A stretch of DNA of 63,155 bases, taken from positions 159,472,630 to 159,535,784 of the forward strand of contig NC_068982.1 of NCBI RefSeq assembly GCF_001194135.2, in the 5' to 3' direction. The position numbers were made by a program, and so were the translations under genes. Every line of letters starts with the position of its first letter. Position 1 is the stretch's first letter. Positions 26,164-39,853 of the stretch are shown piece after piece. Source of the stretch: Octopus bimaculoides (lineage: Eukaryota). The notes beneath the pieces are model-generated. The model saw only the letters and a program-made list of their open reading frames with translations. It made no database searches and was not told the DNA's origin.

Positions 26164-26462
26164 CTCTCTCTCTCTGTCTCCCTCTATTCCTGAAGAATGA
26201 TGTAACAATAGATCAGATTCCGCCCTACACTCAGTGGTGTAAACTTGAGCCTTAACAGAAACCAAGGGTATTTCTACCACCTAGCAGACAGATGGATTGT
26301 CATGACATATGCCACTAAATTCGAAGCTGAGAAACAGGCGGTTCCTACTACTCTAAGTAAGAGTAAAATGGAAATAATAGTGGCTAGGAGTGGGTTCAAT
26401 ATACCTTGAAATCCTGGAATTCAGGTACCAGAGACCTACTACATATATGTGCGCGCGCGTGG

Positions 26463-26512
<50 letters not shown>

Positions 26513-26541
26513 ATGTGTGTGTGTGTGTATGTATGTATGCA

Positions 26542-26572
<31 letters not shown>

Positions 26573-26880
26573 TATGCGTTTGTGTGTGTGTGTGTATACA
26601 TAAGCACACGCACACATATATTATTTGCCTAAATCTATTCCTGTAATGCCTATTGGCAATGCATGCAAACCTTAAAAGAGAATGGTGTATATTATTAAAA
26701 AAAAAACATGCACATCAATATCAATACTTCTGTAGATTCTCTGATGCGATGTTGCAGGTGTGTTTTCCATGTTACTTAATTAAGCTTTGCATATTTTCAT
26801 TTCATTTTCTAATTCTAACTGGTGAATGGAGTATACATCTTTGCGCATTAATATAATGTAAATGTAATTCGTGTAATTTC

Positions 26881-27120
26881 AGTATTCAAAACCATATGTA
26901 TAATCGTAATAGTATTACTTTATGCAGCTGTTGCTTGGAACGTTTCTATATAATTTTAGATTGCATATAATTTTTATTCACGGATTATCTCTTTTTTATT
27001 CAAACTTCTGTATCTAACTGTATTAAGAGTTTATCCTGTCAGGAGTATATTACATATACGATTTAATTATTTACATCACTTCGATTCGTGGTTATATCTT
27101 GGTAGGGAATTGTGTAAGAC
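26881..27120. repeat. Right arm of a ~240-bp inverted duplication
   Basis: See 25926-26163; about 85% identity by eye. Confidence 0.9.
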
Positions 27121-27978
27121 CATCTGAATGATAATGTATTTATATTGATGTATTTTTTAGTTTTATCATTTGTTTCTGCTTTTCTTTGCATTGCTTCCTA
27201 GATTTCAGTTGCTCAAATTATATCCATATATGAAACATTGGTGCTTTCTTTTTGTATGTGGCTTAAGCATAATATATTCATAGATTTAAATTCCACCACC
27301 AAAAACTATCAATGTTATAGTCTTTCACACCTGCATTTCGTTGTATGTATGTTAGAGCTTACACACCATGCGCTTGTTTTTTTTGTTTTGTTTTTTTTTT
27401 AGTTATGTTTTTTCTTTCTGTTACAAATAGATACGTACATAAAAATCATACACGCAATATCTTCACATATATACAGAAGCACATAAATGCACACACGCGC
27501 ATACTTACACACGCAACGCACACACGCGCACACACACACACACACACACATATATATCTATTCCAGGTTTTTGTTAGAAATAGCTCTTTTATTGGGTCAT
27601 CCCATAAATAATGCAATTCTTTGGTGCTTTTATTTTTAAAATTAAGATAAATTAATATATTTTTAAATCTAAAATATACTCTCCTTCATTTTCTACAATG
27701 TTCTTCCATCTACCAGATGTTTGGTTTTGAGCATGGTAGTGCGTTGTTTCATTAATTGTTTGGCATTCACAAATAGGTTTATTTCGACAACCCTGCCTCT
27801 CAAACATAAACCAATCTATGCATTAACAAATTATGATAGCATTGTGACACACATCATACATTTGATGCACGTACACCATACATACACTAGAATACCAAGC
27901 TTTAAAATGTACTGGGGTCGATCTTTTCGACACTCAAATAATGACTAAAGGAATTAAATGATAAACGATAACACCGTA

Positions 27979-28099
<121 letters not shown>

Positions 28100-29109
28100 A
28101 ATCTCTCACACAGTTCATAAATCTATATTTTCATCAAATGAAATATAATTTCCCCCTCTGTACAGGGCATGATCAATAAAAGTAGTGTTTCACAGCATCT
28201 TTTAACTGTCTGTTGTTCGTTTCGGTTTCATAATGATTACAACACACTAGTTGCAGTTTTTAGAAACGTAACAAGATTGATAATATCTGAAACAAGTATG
28301 GTTAAAACCGAAAAAAAAAATTGAAATAATTCGTTTAAACGAATATATCAAGATGTTGCTTTACGAAATACACTGCACCTCTAATTACTCGGATTATATT
28401 TAATGTATATCTGCCTCAATATGTTACGCTAAAATTAATCAGACACCGAGAATACATTACGTTACTATGCCGCTAAACAACATATATACTCTCTGAAGTT
28501 TAGCGTAAAATATGAGGTCTGCAAGAAATATGTTTCTAGACAAAGGAAAACATTAGATTATGCAATTTTNNNNNNNNNNNNNNNNNNNNNNNNNNNNNNN
28601 NNNNNNNNNNNNNNNNNNNNNNNNNNNNNNNNNNNNNNNNNNNNNNNNNNNNNNNNNNNNNNNNNNNNNNNNNNNNNNNNNNNNNNNNNNNNNNNNNNNN
28701 NNNNNNNNNNNNNNNNNNNNNNNNNNNNNNNNNNNNNNNNNNNNNNNNNNNNNNNNNNNNNNNNNNNNNNNNNNNNNNNNNNNNNNNNNNNNNNNNNNNN
28801 NNNNNNNNNNNNNNNNNNNNNNNNNNNNNNNNNNNNNNNNNNNNNNNNNNNNNNNNNNNNNNNNNNNNNNNNNNNNNNNNNNNNNNNNNNNNNNNNNNNN
28901 NNNNNNNNNNNNNNNNNNNNCGCACGCGCGCGCGCACACATATATTCCCACATTATTCAATTTCTATTATTATTATAAATATCGCCATCGACATTACGAA
29001 TAAAATCAGAAAATATTCCAACCGTATCGTCATATCCAATCATATAATATGGCATTAAATAGTTTTGCTATTAATAAAAAGTAGTGAATAATAAAAAGTA
29101 GTGACTAAT

Positions 29110-29202
29110 GTTGATGATGATGATGAGGATGATGATGACGACGACGATGACTACGAATATGATGACGACGCCCATAATGATGATGATGATGAATGATGAT
29201 GT
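29110..29202. repeat. (GAT)n/(GAC)n trinucleotide repeat
   Basis: Directly visible. Confidence 0.9.
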
Positions 29203-31524
29203 ATGCCTATATGCTTATGTCTAAAGAAAGTGGAGGATAGAGTTAAACAGAGAATGACTGAGTTATAATGCAAATATCCGGATATATATTTTGGTATTGT
29301 GTCGCATTAAAAGATAAAGTCTAATATTTCTCATTTTATGAAGTTACATTAGGAAAAGTGTATTAAATTATGTCTGCTACATATTTGATATATTTGAAAT
29401 ATTGGCCTAACAAAAGCTTATATTTATATTTATTTGTATATATATTCTATCATATGACTACGTTATTCAAAAATATACGAAAGTGGTGATCAATAGCTCG
29501 AAGAATAAAGGAATATTGAAGAAAACATTTCAATAATATGAATTTTTTTGATTTTTTTATTTTATTTATGTTGGAAATATAAAACGGTGGTAATAAATCG
29601 TTAGAGATTTCGAATTGTGTTATAATAATTTCAAATGCCATTTCTTTAACATACATAATATTCCCAGTGAGATAATTCTCAGATATAGTAAACTTCTTAA
29701 TGGAGGAGTCATTGTTTTCGCTGTTAATATAATGGGGCATGACCATTCCGATCTCAACCTCAATCTGTTGCAAAATTATAAATATATACTGTTAACTATC
29801 CCCTTTAAATCTCAACTTTAACAAGAAGTCTCTAAGCGATCGTTAAATCTGGAATAACTACTAAATGTTTCGCAAATAAAAACCTACCATATTCTGAAAG
29901 ATAATATATTTTGTGTTACGTTTATCTAGACAATATGTATGAATAATAAAAGCACACAGACGGATATGTTTTGTTCACCCCTATATCCGGGACTAATCAG
30001 CAATAATAACAAGTAAGGGATGACAAAATGAGTACGATACAAACATTTTCTAAAATTCCCAATGCAAAACCGTAATGCAAAATCTAAGCTCTAAGTTTTC
30101 TTGTATAAAACAAAATGCCTCGGTCTTCAGGTCTCCTTAACACATTTGTCACTGAGACTAGAGAAAGTCAAATAGAAATAAGCCATGCTAGAAACATGTT
30201 TTTATAGGTATAAATGACAAATTTTGTTGTAAGAGTGAACATAACGACGAATGGAAATGAAATCTGCAGTCCATATAACGAACGACAGAGAGAAAATAAT
30301 ACACGTCACCAGAAACTTTAGCAGAAATAGTTTTTTTTGCTGGAATTTTCCTTCATATTTATTTGTGAATTGCAATGCCTCTGCTTCGTATAGATGTTTT
30401 TCACAGCTAATAATACGGGCAATTTCTACTATCCATATATAACTGTCAAACCTTTCCGTTAAGGACTATCCCATTAGTATATATCTTGACCTGCATTTAG
30501 CTTACCATAACAACGGTGTTTCTTTCATCTAAATGTTTGGATATATAAATATTCATTATTTGTATTTTAGTAGAAGCCTCAATTGAAAGTGAGGTGGAAT
30601 TATATTTAATTAAAGCAAATCCGTGATTTTTTGCTATATATTGATTTATTTATATTAGTTATAAAATCAACGGTTGTTCCTCAAAATTTCGAATTAGGCT
30701 GTAGAGCAACGAATCCCTAAGAACTGAAACGGAAACACTTCTAGTTATATGCAACCCACTAATTCTAATTATTTTCCCTCCGGAACATCATCCACCGACA
30801 AAATGAAAAAAAGAGAGAAAAGAATCAGGCACTTTAATTCACTTCATTAACATACGTGTCCTTCCTGACAGGAATATGATATGAATACAGCAAAATATAT
30901 TTTCTCAAATATACTATACTTCCCTAAAGTTGCATTCTAATTGTTTCCTCTATGTCACACGCTCTATAATCCGAAGTATCTTGAGATTCTAAACCTTTCG
31001 TTATGTGAAGAAAGGAAGTGCTCATGGCCATTCTCGATTCACTTTTGGAGATTGAAAAGAAGGGAGGATGTGAATCTCTGATTAAAAAACTTTAACCAAA
31101 TTATTTTAACAGAATGATTTCTGTGAAAGTTACCTAACAGCCCAGCAGTGATGTTAATCAGAACGTCGAATTAAGTGCGCCAATGAGAAACAGGGATGCT
31201 TCTCTGCAAGTAGGAAAACGTATAGTTTCTCCTTATTGCATTCCATTCCCATTATTTTGCTCAATCAGAGGATATGTTCCAATAAATTTCTTTATGATGG
31301 TGTGAGCTGTTTTATGAATTCTATGCTACGTAATTTTGAATGAGATGTCATAACCACACAAAGATGTATATAACTGGTAGTGGAAAAATATGAGACTAGT
31401 TTGCATCTGACAATTGCTGGAAATTAAATCCAAAACTAGGATCACAACTACTTTTCATCTGATCTACGACAATCATAAACAAACTTTTAATTATTGATTA
31501 ATTCTAGTTTTGTATAATCGTGAT

Positions 31525-31675
31525 TGTGTGCTAAGAAGTTTGCTTCCCAACCACATTGTTTCGGATTCACTCCTACTGCGTGGCACAACGGGGAAGTGTC
31601 TTTAAATTATAGCCTCTAGCCCACCAAAGCCTTGTGAGTGGATCTGGCAGAGGGGAACTGAAAGAAATCTGTCGC

Positions 31676-31713
<38 letters not shown>

Positions 31714-31925
31714 TTATGTGTCTGTGAAGTTATGTGTGTCTGTGCACCCCCGCCATCACTTGACAACCGAGGTTGGAGTGTTTATGTTCCAGTAAATTGG
31801 TGGTTCGATAAAAAAGAAAATGATAGAATAAAACCTAGTGTCGATTTCTTTGACTAAAACTATTTATGGTGGGGCTACAGCATGGCCGCAGTCAAATGAC
31901 CGAAACAACTAAGAAATAAAAGAAT
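31525..31925 (+). mobile_element. Near full-length tRNA-derived SINE (family B) with a central (TA)(TG) microsatellite
   Basis: Head tgtgtgctaagaagtttgcttcccaaccac..cactcctactgcgtggc, body gccttgtgagtggatctggcag, 3' part catcacttgacaaccg..gcatggccgcagtcaaatgaccgaaac. Confidence 0.85.
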
Positions 31926-32301
31926 ATTAACAATCCAGGCCTGTAATTGTTGATAGATAATGGCAATCGGGAAGATAAACCGAGATTTCAACATAATTTC
32001 AAGTTATATGTGAAGCATGACATTTGCTGCTACTGTCATTGGGGAAATTGCAAAGGATACATGCTTCTATTATTCACTTCATGCAGTTATGATGCATGTG
32101 CAAGATATTCACATTTTTTTCGTATACACATATTCATTAAGTAGGTGGCGGAAATCCGGGGATAGTTTATTACATGGAATATAGGTCAGTGATAGGATAT
32201 TATATTCCATATGTAATCAAAGTAACAGTTAGGAAATTGGGGCGAAAATCATGTCGTGAGATTCATGCTTTTATGAGAACATGTTCTATATTATGAACAT
32301 A

Positions 32302-32342
<41 letters not shown>

Positions 32343-33169
32343 NNNNNNNNNNNNNNNNNNNNNNNNNNNNNNNNNNNNNNNNNNNNNNNNNNNNNNNNNN
32401 NNNNNNNNNNNNNNNNNNNNNNNNNNNNNNNNNNNNNNNNNNNNNNNNNNNNNNNNNNNNNNNNNNNNNNNNNNNNNNNNNNNNNTAATAATTTATTTAT
32501 TGAATATACAGAAGTAATTTTTTCTGAAGTTTCATAGTAAATAATGTAATAGTAAAAATAATAGTAATTTCTACTTATATGAAATTTTTATATCAAGGAG
32601 AAAAAAAAAACGAAAGTTAATTATATATTCAGAAATATTTAGAAAGTAAGACGCACGAAAGTAAAATGCACGAAATCTCTTCATTTATAAACAAATATTT
32701 ATTGATAGGCATAGCTGATCCTCAATTTACTGTTCTTTCTGCAGTTCTTTATCACATTTTCACATAATACTTGTAGATACCAACTCAACGGCAGTGCCTA
32801 AATAATTTTAGGAAATTGACTTCAATAATGCTATTCAAAGCCAGTGAATGTGTTAAAACGAGAATCGGATTAAGTGTAAAGCTGACGGATAATGATGGTT
32901 CTCTTCACGAAGGCTTCAGAACAGCTGTATTTCACTCAGACCTCTTTGTTCGACTCATAACTATTAGTGTACACTGTACAGTATCTCTCACTCAACCTGC
33001 TAAAAATAGATGGACAAGTCTCCGAAATCACAGCCCACTAACAACTAGAGAATTGTAGCTTAGATAAACTCGATACGTGTCGGCGAAAGATTTGTTTGGG
33101 CCGTGTCTAACTTAATGGTATTACATGATGGGATCTCTTAATAATTTTTTTTGATATCACGGCTCATTT

Positions 33170-33440
33170 CTGTAGAGAGTTGTTGTCGACTGAGTTATGC
33201 CCAGATGTAGGATGGTTATCTGGAATCCCCTGAATAAATTTGTTCATATTTCGTTTGAAGATGATGGGATCTTTGTCATGGATTTGTTTTGAGAGCCTGT
33301 TGAGGAAAAGAATTTATGTTGCAGTGCCTTCATGCGCTGTGAACCTTAATTGTGTAGAGGTCATATGGCAAGTAGACCCAGCCTATGATGAATTCTGAAT
33401 CTGATGGTAAGGTCATTTTGGCAAATTCTCATTCTCTACC
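33170..33440 (-). mobile_element. CR1-group LINE 3' end fragment
   Basis: A minus frame reads LFLNRLSKQIHDKDPIIFKRNMNKFIQGIPDNHPTSGHNSVDNNSLQK, matching the LFNxLPKxIR..FKRxLDxFL..IPDxP...NSL tail of the type at 42864. Confidence 0.55.
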
Positions 33441-34689
33441 CACACCCAAGATAAATAAATAAAATCTCAATAATCAGGACTAGAAGACGTTTCCATCAAG
33501 CATTTTTCCAAAGGAAGATATAATCATGGATTTAAAAAATGGCAGTAGCAATGGTATTTACTTTAGTAGAGAATTATGTGAGACGCGTCTAACATAAGTC
33601 TAAACATTTCGTCATGTTTAGGTGCAACAGAAGTTTACTACGAAATTTCTGTTCCCGGCCACGTGAAAGTGTAATATATTTAAATTAATTCGCTACAAAT
33701 TGGATATAATTCATCTAATATCAATTTTGGCTACGGATGTTGAGATTAATCACGCAGTAACGGGTAATGTGTGGTTGTCCCACTTTTAGAAAAGGCCTTA
33801 ATTTTGTCTATAATGAGCGAATCTAAAATGTCTGATTATATGTCGATAAATTAGAATGTACAACAGTATTTTCGAATTCCAGTGAAAGCTAGGCATTTAG
33901 CTTTCTGGACGTTAAAGTTCTGGAATGTGCACCATTATACAGAGAAAAAGAAACCTACTTGAAATAAAGTAGATAATAGTCTGTTTCTTTTTTTCTTCTC
34001 TTTTTTTTTTTTGTTATAAAATGCCTAGAAGAAACAATATGGATTTTCGCCATGACTTGATTCTTAAGGAAATATAATTCAGACTGATATTAACTTATCA
34101 GGTTTTAAATGAATAAAAACGTTTGAATAGAACCAGTAGATATAAGAAAAATGATAGTAAATTTTTGGATATTATTACAAATCAATTAGTGTGCATATAT
34201 TATGTTGGATTTTAAATAGTCTCATAAATTTATTGTACGCAAGACAAATAACGTTATGAGCAAGAAGAGTTAATTTGATGCATTATAGAACGTTAGATTA
34301 AATATTTTGATTAGGCATGAGAAAGGTCGGGAGCATGAATGGAGATATTAATCAGTTTTCTAAAAGAACACACAATGAGACTATAAAATTTAGATTAACT
34401 GAGATATTAAAATGTGACAACATTGTTGTGAAATACTTCGTTTTTTTCTCTCTTACATTTGTGAAATATGTTATAATAAAGGTGAGCTTCAAATAAGTGG
34501 TATAAATGTATAGGAAGAAATATATTTTCAATACAATATATATATCCATACACATATACTATGGAAATAAGAGCAAAAATATACAATTGTTTACGGTATA
34601 ACTATTGCAAAGACCCACAACAACAGCAACAACAAGTATGATAATAATGACATCAACAAAAGCAACAATATCGCCTCACGTGTGACCAG

Positions 34690-36290
34690 GCGGGAGTAAA
34701 TGACATCCCGCTTTTTGTGGATTGGACGCGTTCCACTGACAATGTGCTGAATTTGTTGCCAACATCCGGTGATTGAAGGACTTGATATGTCGGGCATGAT
34801 GATATGTATACATGCACTGAAAATGCGACATATGCCGTAATTCTCTGACGCTGAGCAGGTGTAGTAGCAGTTTTTCATACCGGTGTTTCTTCAGTTTATA
34901 CATTTAAGAGAGCTGCAAATACCAAGACAGAATAATTCGTATCTGGAATGTTTAAGGCACTCAGATCCTCCTACCAATATGTCCATGCAGTCGATAAAAG
35001 TTCCATGTTCGCTTTCTGTAGTGTTAGTGCTGGGCAACAGCGATGGTGTGTTCTGGGAAAGTCTAGACTTTCAAGTTGTATTATACGCAAAGAGCCCTCC
35101 TAAATAGCCTAGCTCTCCCTAATAACAATGACCTTAAAAACAGCAAGCAGTATTGTTTTGCTCCTGTTTTGGGGTTGTTTGTATAAGTTTTCCTTGCTAC
35201 CGATGTAGGTATTTCCTTAATCCTATAGTGGTTATTTTGTAATGCTTTTCTATCTGTATAATGCATCTACCACCTATCCACCATCTATTTATATGTTATA
35301 TATATATAACCTCCCTATGTCAGACTTTGGTTGATGCATCCTAAATCCTATCATTATTTTTCTTGTTTTCCTATATATTTTGATTAGTTCATTTGGAGTC
35401 CTGTTAAAAATATTGTTACTTATAACTAGGACGTCTAGCGTGTTGATAAATATTATCTTGTTTTTCGCATTGAACTCTGTTTTCGGTATTAATCTAACTC
35501 GTCTCTAGTATTCCTTTCTTATCTTCGGTTGCATTTACGAATTCTGTATCTTATCTAGTTCATTGATTCCTAAGTATTTCTATGTCAGACTTTGATCTAA
35601 TTCACTTATTTCGTTTTATTGATGTAGTGTGATGCTGTTACTCTTAACTAGTGTTCCTCTTTTCAAGGTTGCTATGGCACATTTCTCTAAGCCAAATTTT
35701 ATGTTTATTTGGTAAATCATTGTACTGTCTGTAGTAATGTTTCCAGCTGTTTATCATTTGCAGCTTATAGCTTTATATAATCTATACACAAGAGATTGTT
35801 GATTGTTTTGGCGTAACATTTGCATCCACATCCATTTCTGTTTAGCATGTCAGATAAAGGTGTCTGTGTCAAGCAGAAAAGGAGTTGAGTTAGCGTTTCT
35901 CCCTGGAATATTTATCTTCTAATGGGGATGGCATTATTTTTTATAAGTTCTCTTTTGTCTGGAGCTGTAGCACTGTTTCCCACCTGGAATGTTGTATATA
36001 TTTTGTGATATGGGTGCTACCTTGTTCATGGATAGTGCTTGTGCGATCCATGTATGGGGATTTCTATCAAAAACCCTTCGATAATCAATCTAAGCTATGC
36101 TGATACCCTTCTTTTTCCTATGGCTTTATTGATCAATAGCTGATCTTTACACCTGTGTGCTCCCTTGCAGTATCTCTTCTCTTCTGGAAATAGGCTGTTT
36201 TCTTCCAGATGTTTGCATATTCTCTGCGATATTATGGCAGTAAAGGATTTGTGAATTGTAGGTAGACATGTTATCGGTCTAGAATTTTGT
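34690..36290 (-). mobile_element. R4/Dong-type (RLE) non-LTR retrotransposon, decayed, RT to zinc knuckle
   Basis: NSRPITCLPTIHKSFTAIISQRICKHLEENSLFPEEKRYCKGAHRCKDQLLINKAI; further downstream GRCIIQIEKHYKITTIGLRKYL and ICRIF..QIQHIVSG (CCHC knuckle remnant). Confidence 0.8.
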
Positions 36291-36625
36291 GTGGACAAAT
36301 TTTTATTCTGTTAAATCTGCACGTAACATCCTGAAATTCAGTTATATATATATNNNNNNNNNNNNNNNNNNNNNNNNNNNNNNNNNNNNNNNNNNNNNNN
36401 NNNNNNNNNNNNNNNNNNNNNNNNNNNNNNNNNNNNNNNNNNNNNNNNNNNNNNNNNNNNNNNNNNNNNNNNNNNNNNNNNNNNNNNNNNNNNNNNNNNN
36501 NNNNNNNNNNNNNNNNNNNNNNNNNNNNNNNNNNNNNNNNNNNNNNNNNNNNNNNNNNNNNNNNNNNNNNNNNNNNNNNNNNNNNNNNCTCCAAAATATA
36601 TATGGGCAGTGTATACTAGTATGTG

Positions 36626-36962
36626 AGGTCGAATGTCTCAGTGGTTAGCGCGTCGATCTTATGACCATGAGGTTGTGAGTTCGAATTCCGGACCGGGCTG
36701 CGTGTTGTGTTCTTGAACAAGAAACCTTATTTCACGTTGCTCCACTTCACTCAGCTGTAGAAATGAGTTGCGATGTCACTGATGCCAAGATATATGGGCC
36801 TTTGCCTTTCCTTTTGGATAACATCGGTGGCGTAGAGAGGGGAGCCCGGTATGCATGGGCGACTGCTGGTCCTCTATAAACAACCTTGCCCAGACTTGTG
36901 CCCTGGAAGGTAACTTTCTAGGTGCATGCAATCACATGGTCATTCGTGACCGAAAGGTGTCT
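36626..36962 (+). mobile_element. tRNA-derived SINE (family C), near full length
   Basis: A box TCAGTGGTTAG and B box GTTCGAATTCC, then gcgtgttgtgttcttgaacaag..cagctgtagaaatgagttgcgatgtcac..cgactgctggtc. Homologous to 48660 (-). Confidence 0.88.
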
Positions 36963-37129
36963 CCGCATACTAGGATCACCTTTACATTTTCGGTTTTTGT
37001 ATACATATGATTATGCATACGTAGCAGAAGGTTTGATCATGAACTCTTTCAACCTTAAATTATAAACCTTTAGAGTCGACGTTAAAATTAGCATGCACAA
37101 TACGAACAATAGTATTGATATACCTCCTT

Positions 37130-38700
37130 TATTTCAATATCTTTCCATATATTTCTGATAACGTAAGTCCTCACATGTTTTTCGTGCTTCTTCAAGTGAA
37201 ACAAATGCCACTTGTCTCTGTAAAATATTCATGCATTCCTTTAATATGATTTCGGAAATTATTTGCATGTAATCCCTCAAGAGTATGGCAAAGTTCCATT
37301 TACAATTCTTTTGTAAACAAGAAGCTTATTCTTCGTGCCGCTGCTATTCCCACTGAATAGCGTACTTTTATCCGGCCACGCCAATGCGTCTTGAAGAAAT
37401 GAATATATACTACTAACCATAATGCTATTTAAAGAATTCCAGATCAAAGGAAGACATGAAACCGGACGTAAAATTGTCGACAGCAATTTCTTTTTGAGTC
37501 GACTGATCATCTGACACCAAAATAAATCCTCAGGGTATCATCCATGGATACAGTCTATAATCACCGCCTATTAGCGTATCCAGTCCCACTGATGTTCTCT
37601 GAAGTTTTGAATTAGGTTCCTTTATACAGCTCAAATACCAGAGCTGAAATACGTTTGCCACACTATTTATTTCCTCTTCTATCTCTAATAAGTTTACCCT
37701 TTTTTTCTGCTTATTAATATCTTTTTTTTTTTTTCATATCTAAATGTTATTTCTAATTCAGTGCTAATAATATGAAACGCGTTCGAACCAATTTTCTCTC
37801 CATAATTAGTTCCTGGTGCCTCACCTATATTTGGCTCATGAATTATATTTCCGTTCAGCACATAGTTTCATTTCCGTTGCATAGTGAATATACAGATTTT
37901 GTGTGTATTATTTTGTTGTTTATGTGAATTCCTTTTCGCAGTTTCTGCCATGAACCTCTGTTTCACTTCTTTTATTGCATTTATACATGATTTTCTTTAC
38001 TGTCATATATCCTCTTAATCATTATTCTAGGTTTGGGATGTCACCTTGAACTGCCTTTGTCTTTCCGATAAATTATCAGCACTTCTCATTATTTTCATAA
38101 GCACATCCATTAATATTACTCTTTTATATTATGGAATGCACTCCAATCCCAATTGTTTCTTCTTTCAATACTGATTCGTTTGTATTAGATTTTTTTAATG
38201 AAACCGATGATTTTAATTTTATTGTTTGCTTTCACATGATCATGTGATTCCATTTACGTTCTTGTTATCTCTTTCAGATATGCCACATCAACAATCATGA
38301 AGCAAATGTTGCCACTAAAATGTCGTTGACTCCATTAGAAAATGTTTCAAACAAAACGTCTTCAACGTCTTCGCCTAATGCATCATGTTTTTTCAACATG
38401 ATGCTTTTTTTCTCTTGCTTCTCTATATGAGATTCAATTTCTTAATTTCTCTGAAAATAATCCAAAATTACATTCCTTTAAACTTTACTTTCTATATTAA
38501 CAAACTGATATGTTTCGCTTAATTTGTTCCAGCTCTACTTCAGTACAATACCAAATTTTCTCTATTATCAAGTTTATTCACAAGCTTATTTGCTCATTAA
38601 CGTTGGCCAATTATTTCTCTTGGAATTTTCTATACCTTTGCTGTGTATCTATACCTTACTTGTACAACATGATCGTTTAGTTGATTCTATTTAGTATGGT
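37130..38700 (-). mobile_element. Second, older R4/Dong-type non-LTR fragment (N-terminal region to start of RT)
   Basis: ILRPVSCLPLIWNSLNSIMVSSIYSFL..WPDKSTLFSGNSSGTKNKLLVYKRIV resembles NYRPISCLPLMWKLL..EQKGC..GTKDQLLIDK. The upstream EVELEQIKRNI is weaker, and the upper boundary is approximate. Confidence 0.6.
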
Positions 38701-39453
38701 AGTAACATCCCTTAACGTCATGCGTTATTGCTTATTCCAGATTTGTCTCAAGGACTGTAAGCAGAGAAAGGTTAAAAACACGGCCGATCTTACTGCAAAA
38801 AGCAAAACATACCCTGCGGATCTTCCAAGGGTGATTCTTGTGTCAATCACGTTTGTTTGATGAATCAATATTTCGCATTATCATTCATATTACATAGTGA
38901 AATTAAAGCTGCGAAACAACATCTGAGATAGTTAGCCTAAAAAATTGTGAACACGCCTTTCTCTTCTTGAGACAAATTTGAATCTACCACAGAGCACTAT
39001 ATAGATGTTGGTCTCAAGTACCCTACTTTTGTATAATCGTTTACATAATCATGCAAATATATTTAAACATACACAGCCAAGTTGAATATGTGTATATAAG
39101 TATGTATACATATATATNNNNNNNNNNNNNNNNNNNNNNNNNNNNNNNNNNNNNNNNNNNNNNNNNNNNNNNNNNNNNNNNNNNNNNNNNNNNNNNNNNN
39201 NNNNNNNNNNNNNNNNNNNNNNNNNNNNNNNNNNNNNNNNNNNNNNNNNNNNNNNNNNNNNNNNNNNNNNNNNNNNNNNNNNNNNNNNNNNNNNNNNNNN
39301 NNNNNNNNNNNNNNNNNNNNNNNNNNNNNNNNNNNNNNNNNNNNNNNNNNNNNNCGCCACACCATGGACTTCTCAAAATAACCACATTTAGTACCTAATG
39401 CGAGGAAAAACAACGAACAGAAGACGACCAACTTTCTTTTAAATAAACTTCAC

Positions 39454-39511
39454 TGTGTATCGGCCGATGTCGCGATTACTAGAATGAATCTAGATTTCGT
39501 TCATCAGCACA
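39454..39511 (-). ncRNA. Type-I hammerhead ribozyme, inverted copy with core mutation GAAA to GACA
   Basis: Reverse complement of the motif at 39794 except TGTC instead of TTTC at 39468-39471. Confidence 0.75.
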
Positions 39512-39793
39512 GTATTGTCCCAAAAATATATACAAATAAACAGAATTCTCACCTCACCAAAAACGAACACACTACGTATCCGACAGAGTAAAGGGAATGA
39601 AGTTTATCTGTATATATCTTCATCAAAGAAGCGGGAATAACTTCCGGGTTGCTTCTGGGTACCCATGTGGAGACATGAATAAGAATTCAACATTGAATAT
39701 ATTCCGAGTATATATTTGATAAATAAATTCAAAAAGGGATAAAACACTTTTACAAGAATTTTATCAAGAATCCAGCGTGTAAAAGAATTCATA

Positions 39794-39853
39794 CTGTGCT
39801 GATGAACGAAATCTAGATTCATTCTAGTAATCGCGAAATCGGCCGATACACAG
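39794..39853 (+). ncRNA. Type-I hammerhead ribozyme (tandem copy 1)
   Basis: CTGTG / CTGATGA / A-CGA-aat-CTAGA-ttcat-TCTAG-taa-TCG-C / GAAA / TCGGCCGA-T-A / CACAG. Stem III is the palindrome ATCGGCCGAT with an AUA site; predicted cut after 39848. Confidence 0.85.

Noticed and set aside
32816-33058. 80-aa ORF after an acceptor-like site
   Set aside because: No recognisable domain, and the length is within chance expectation.
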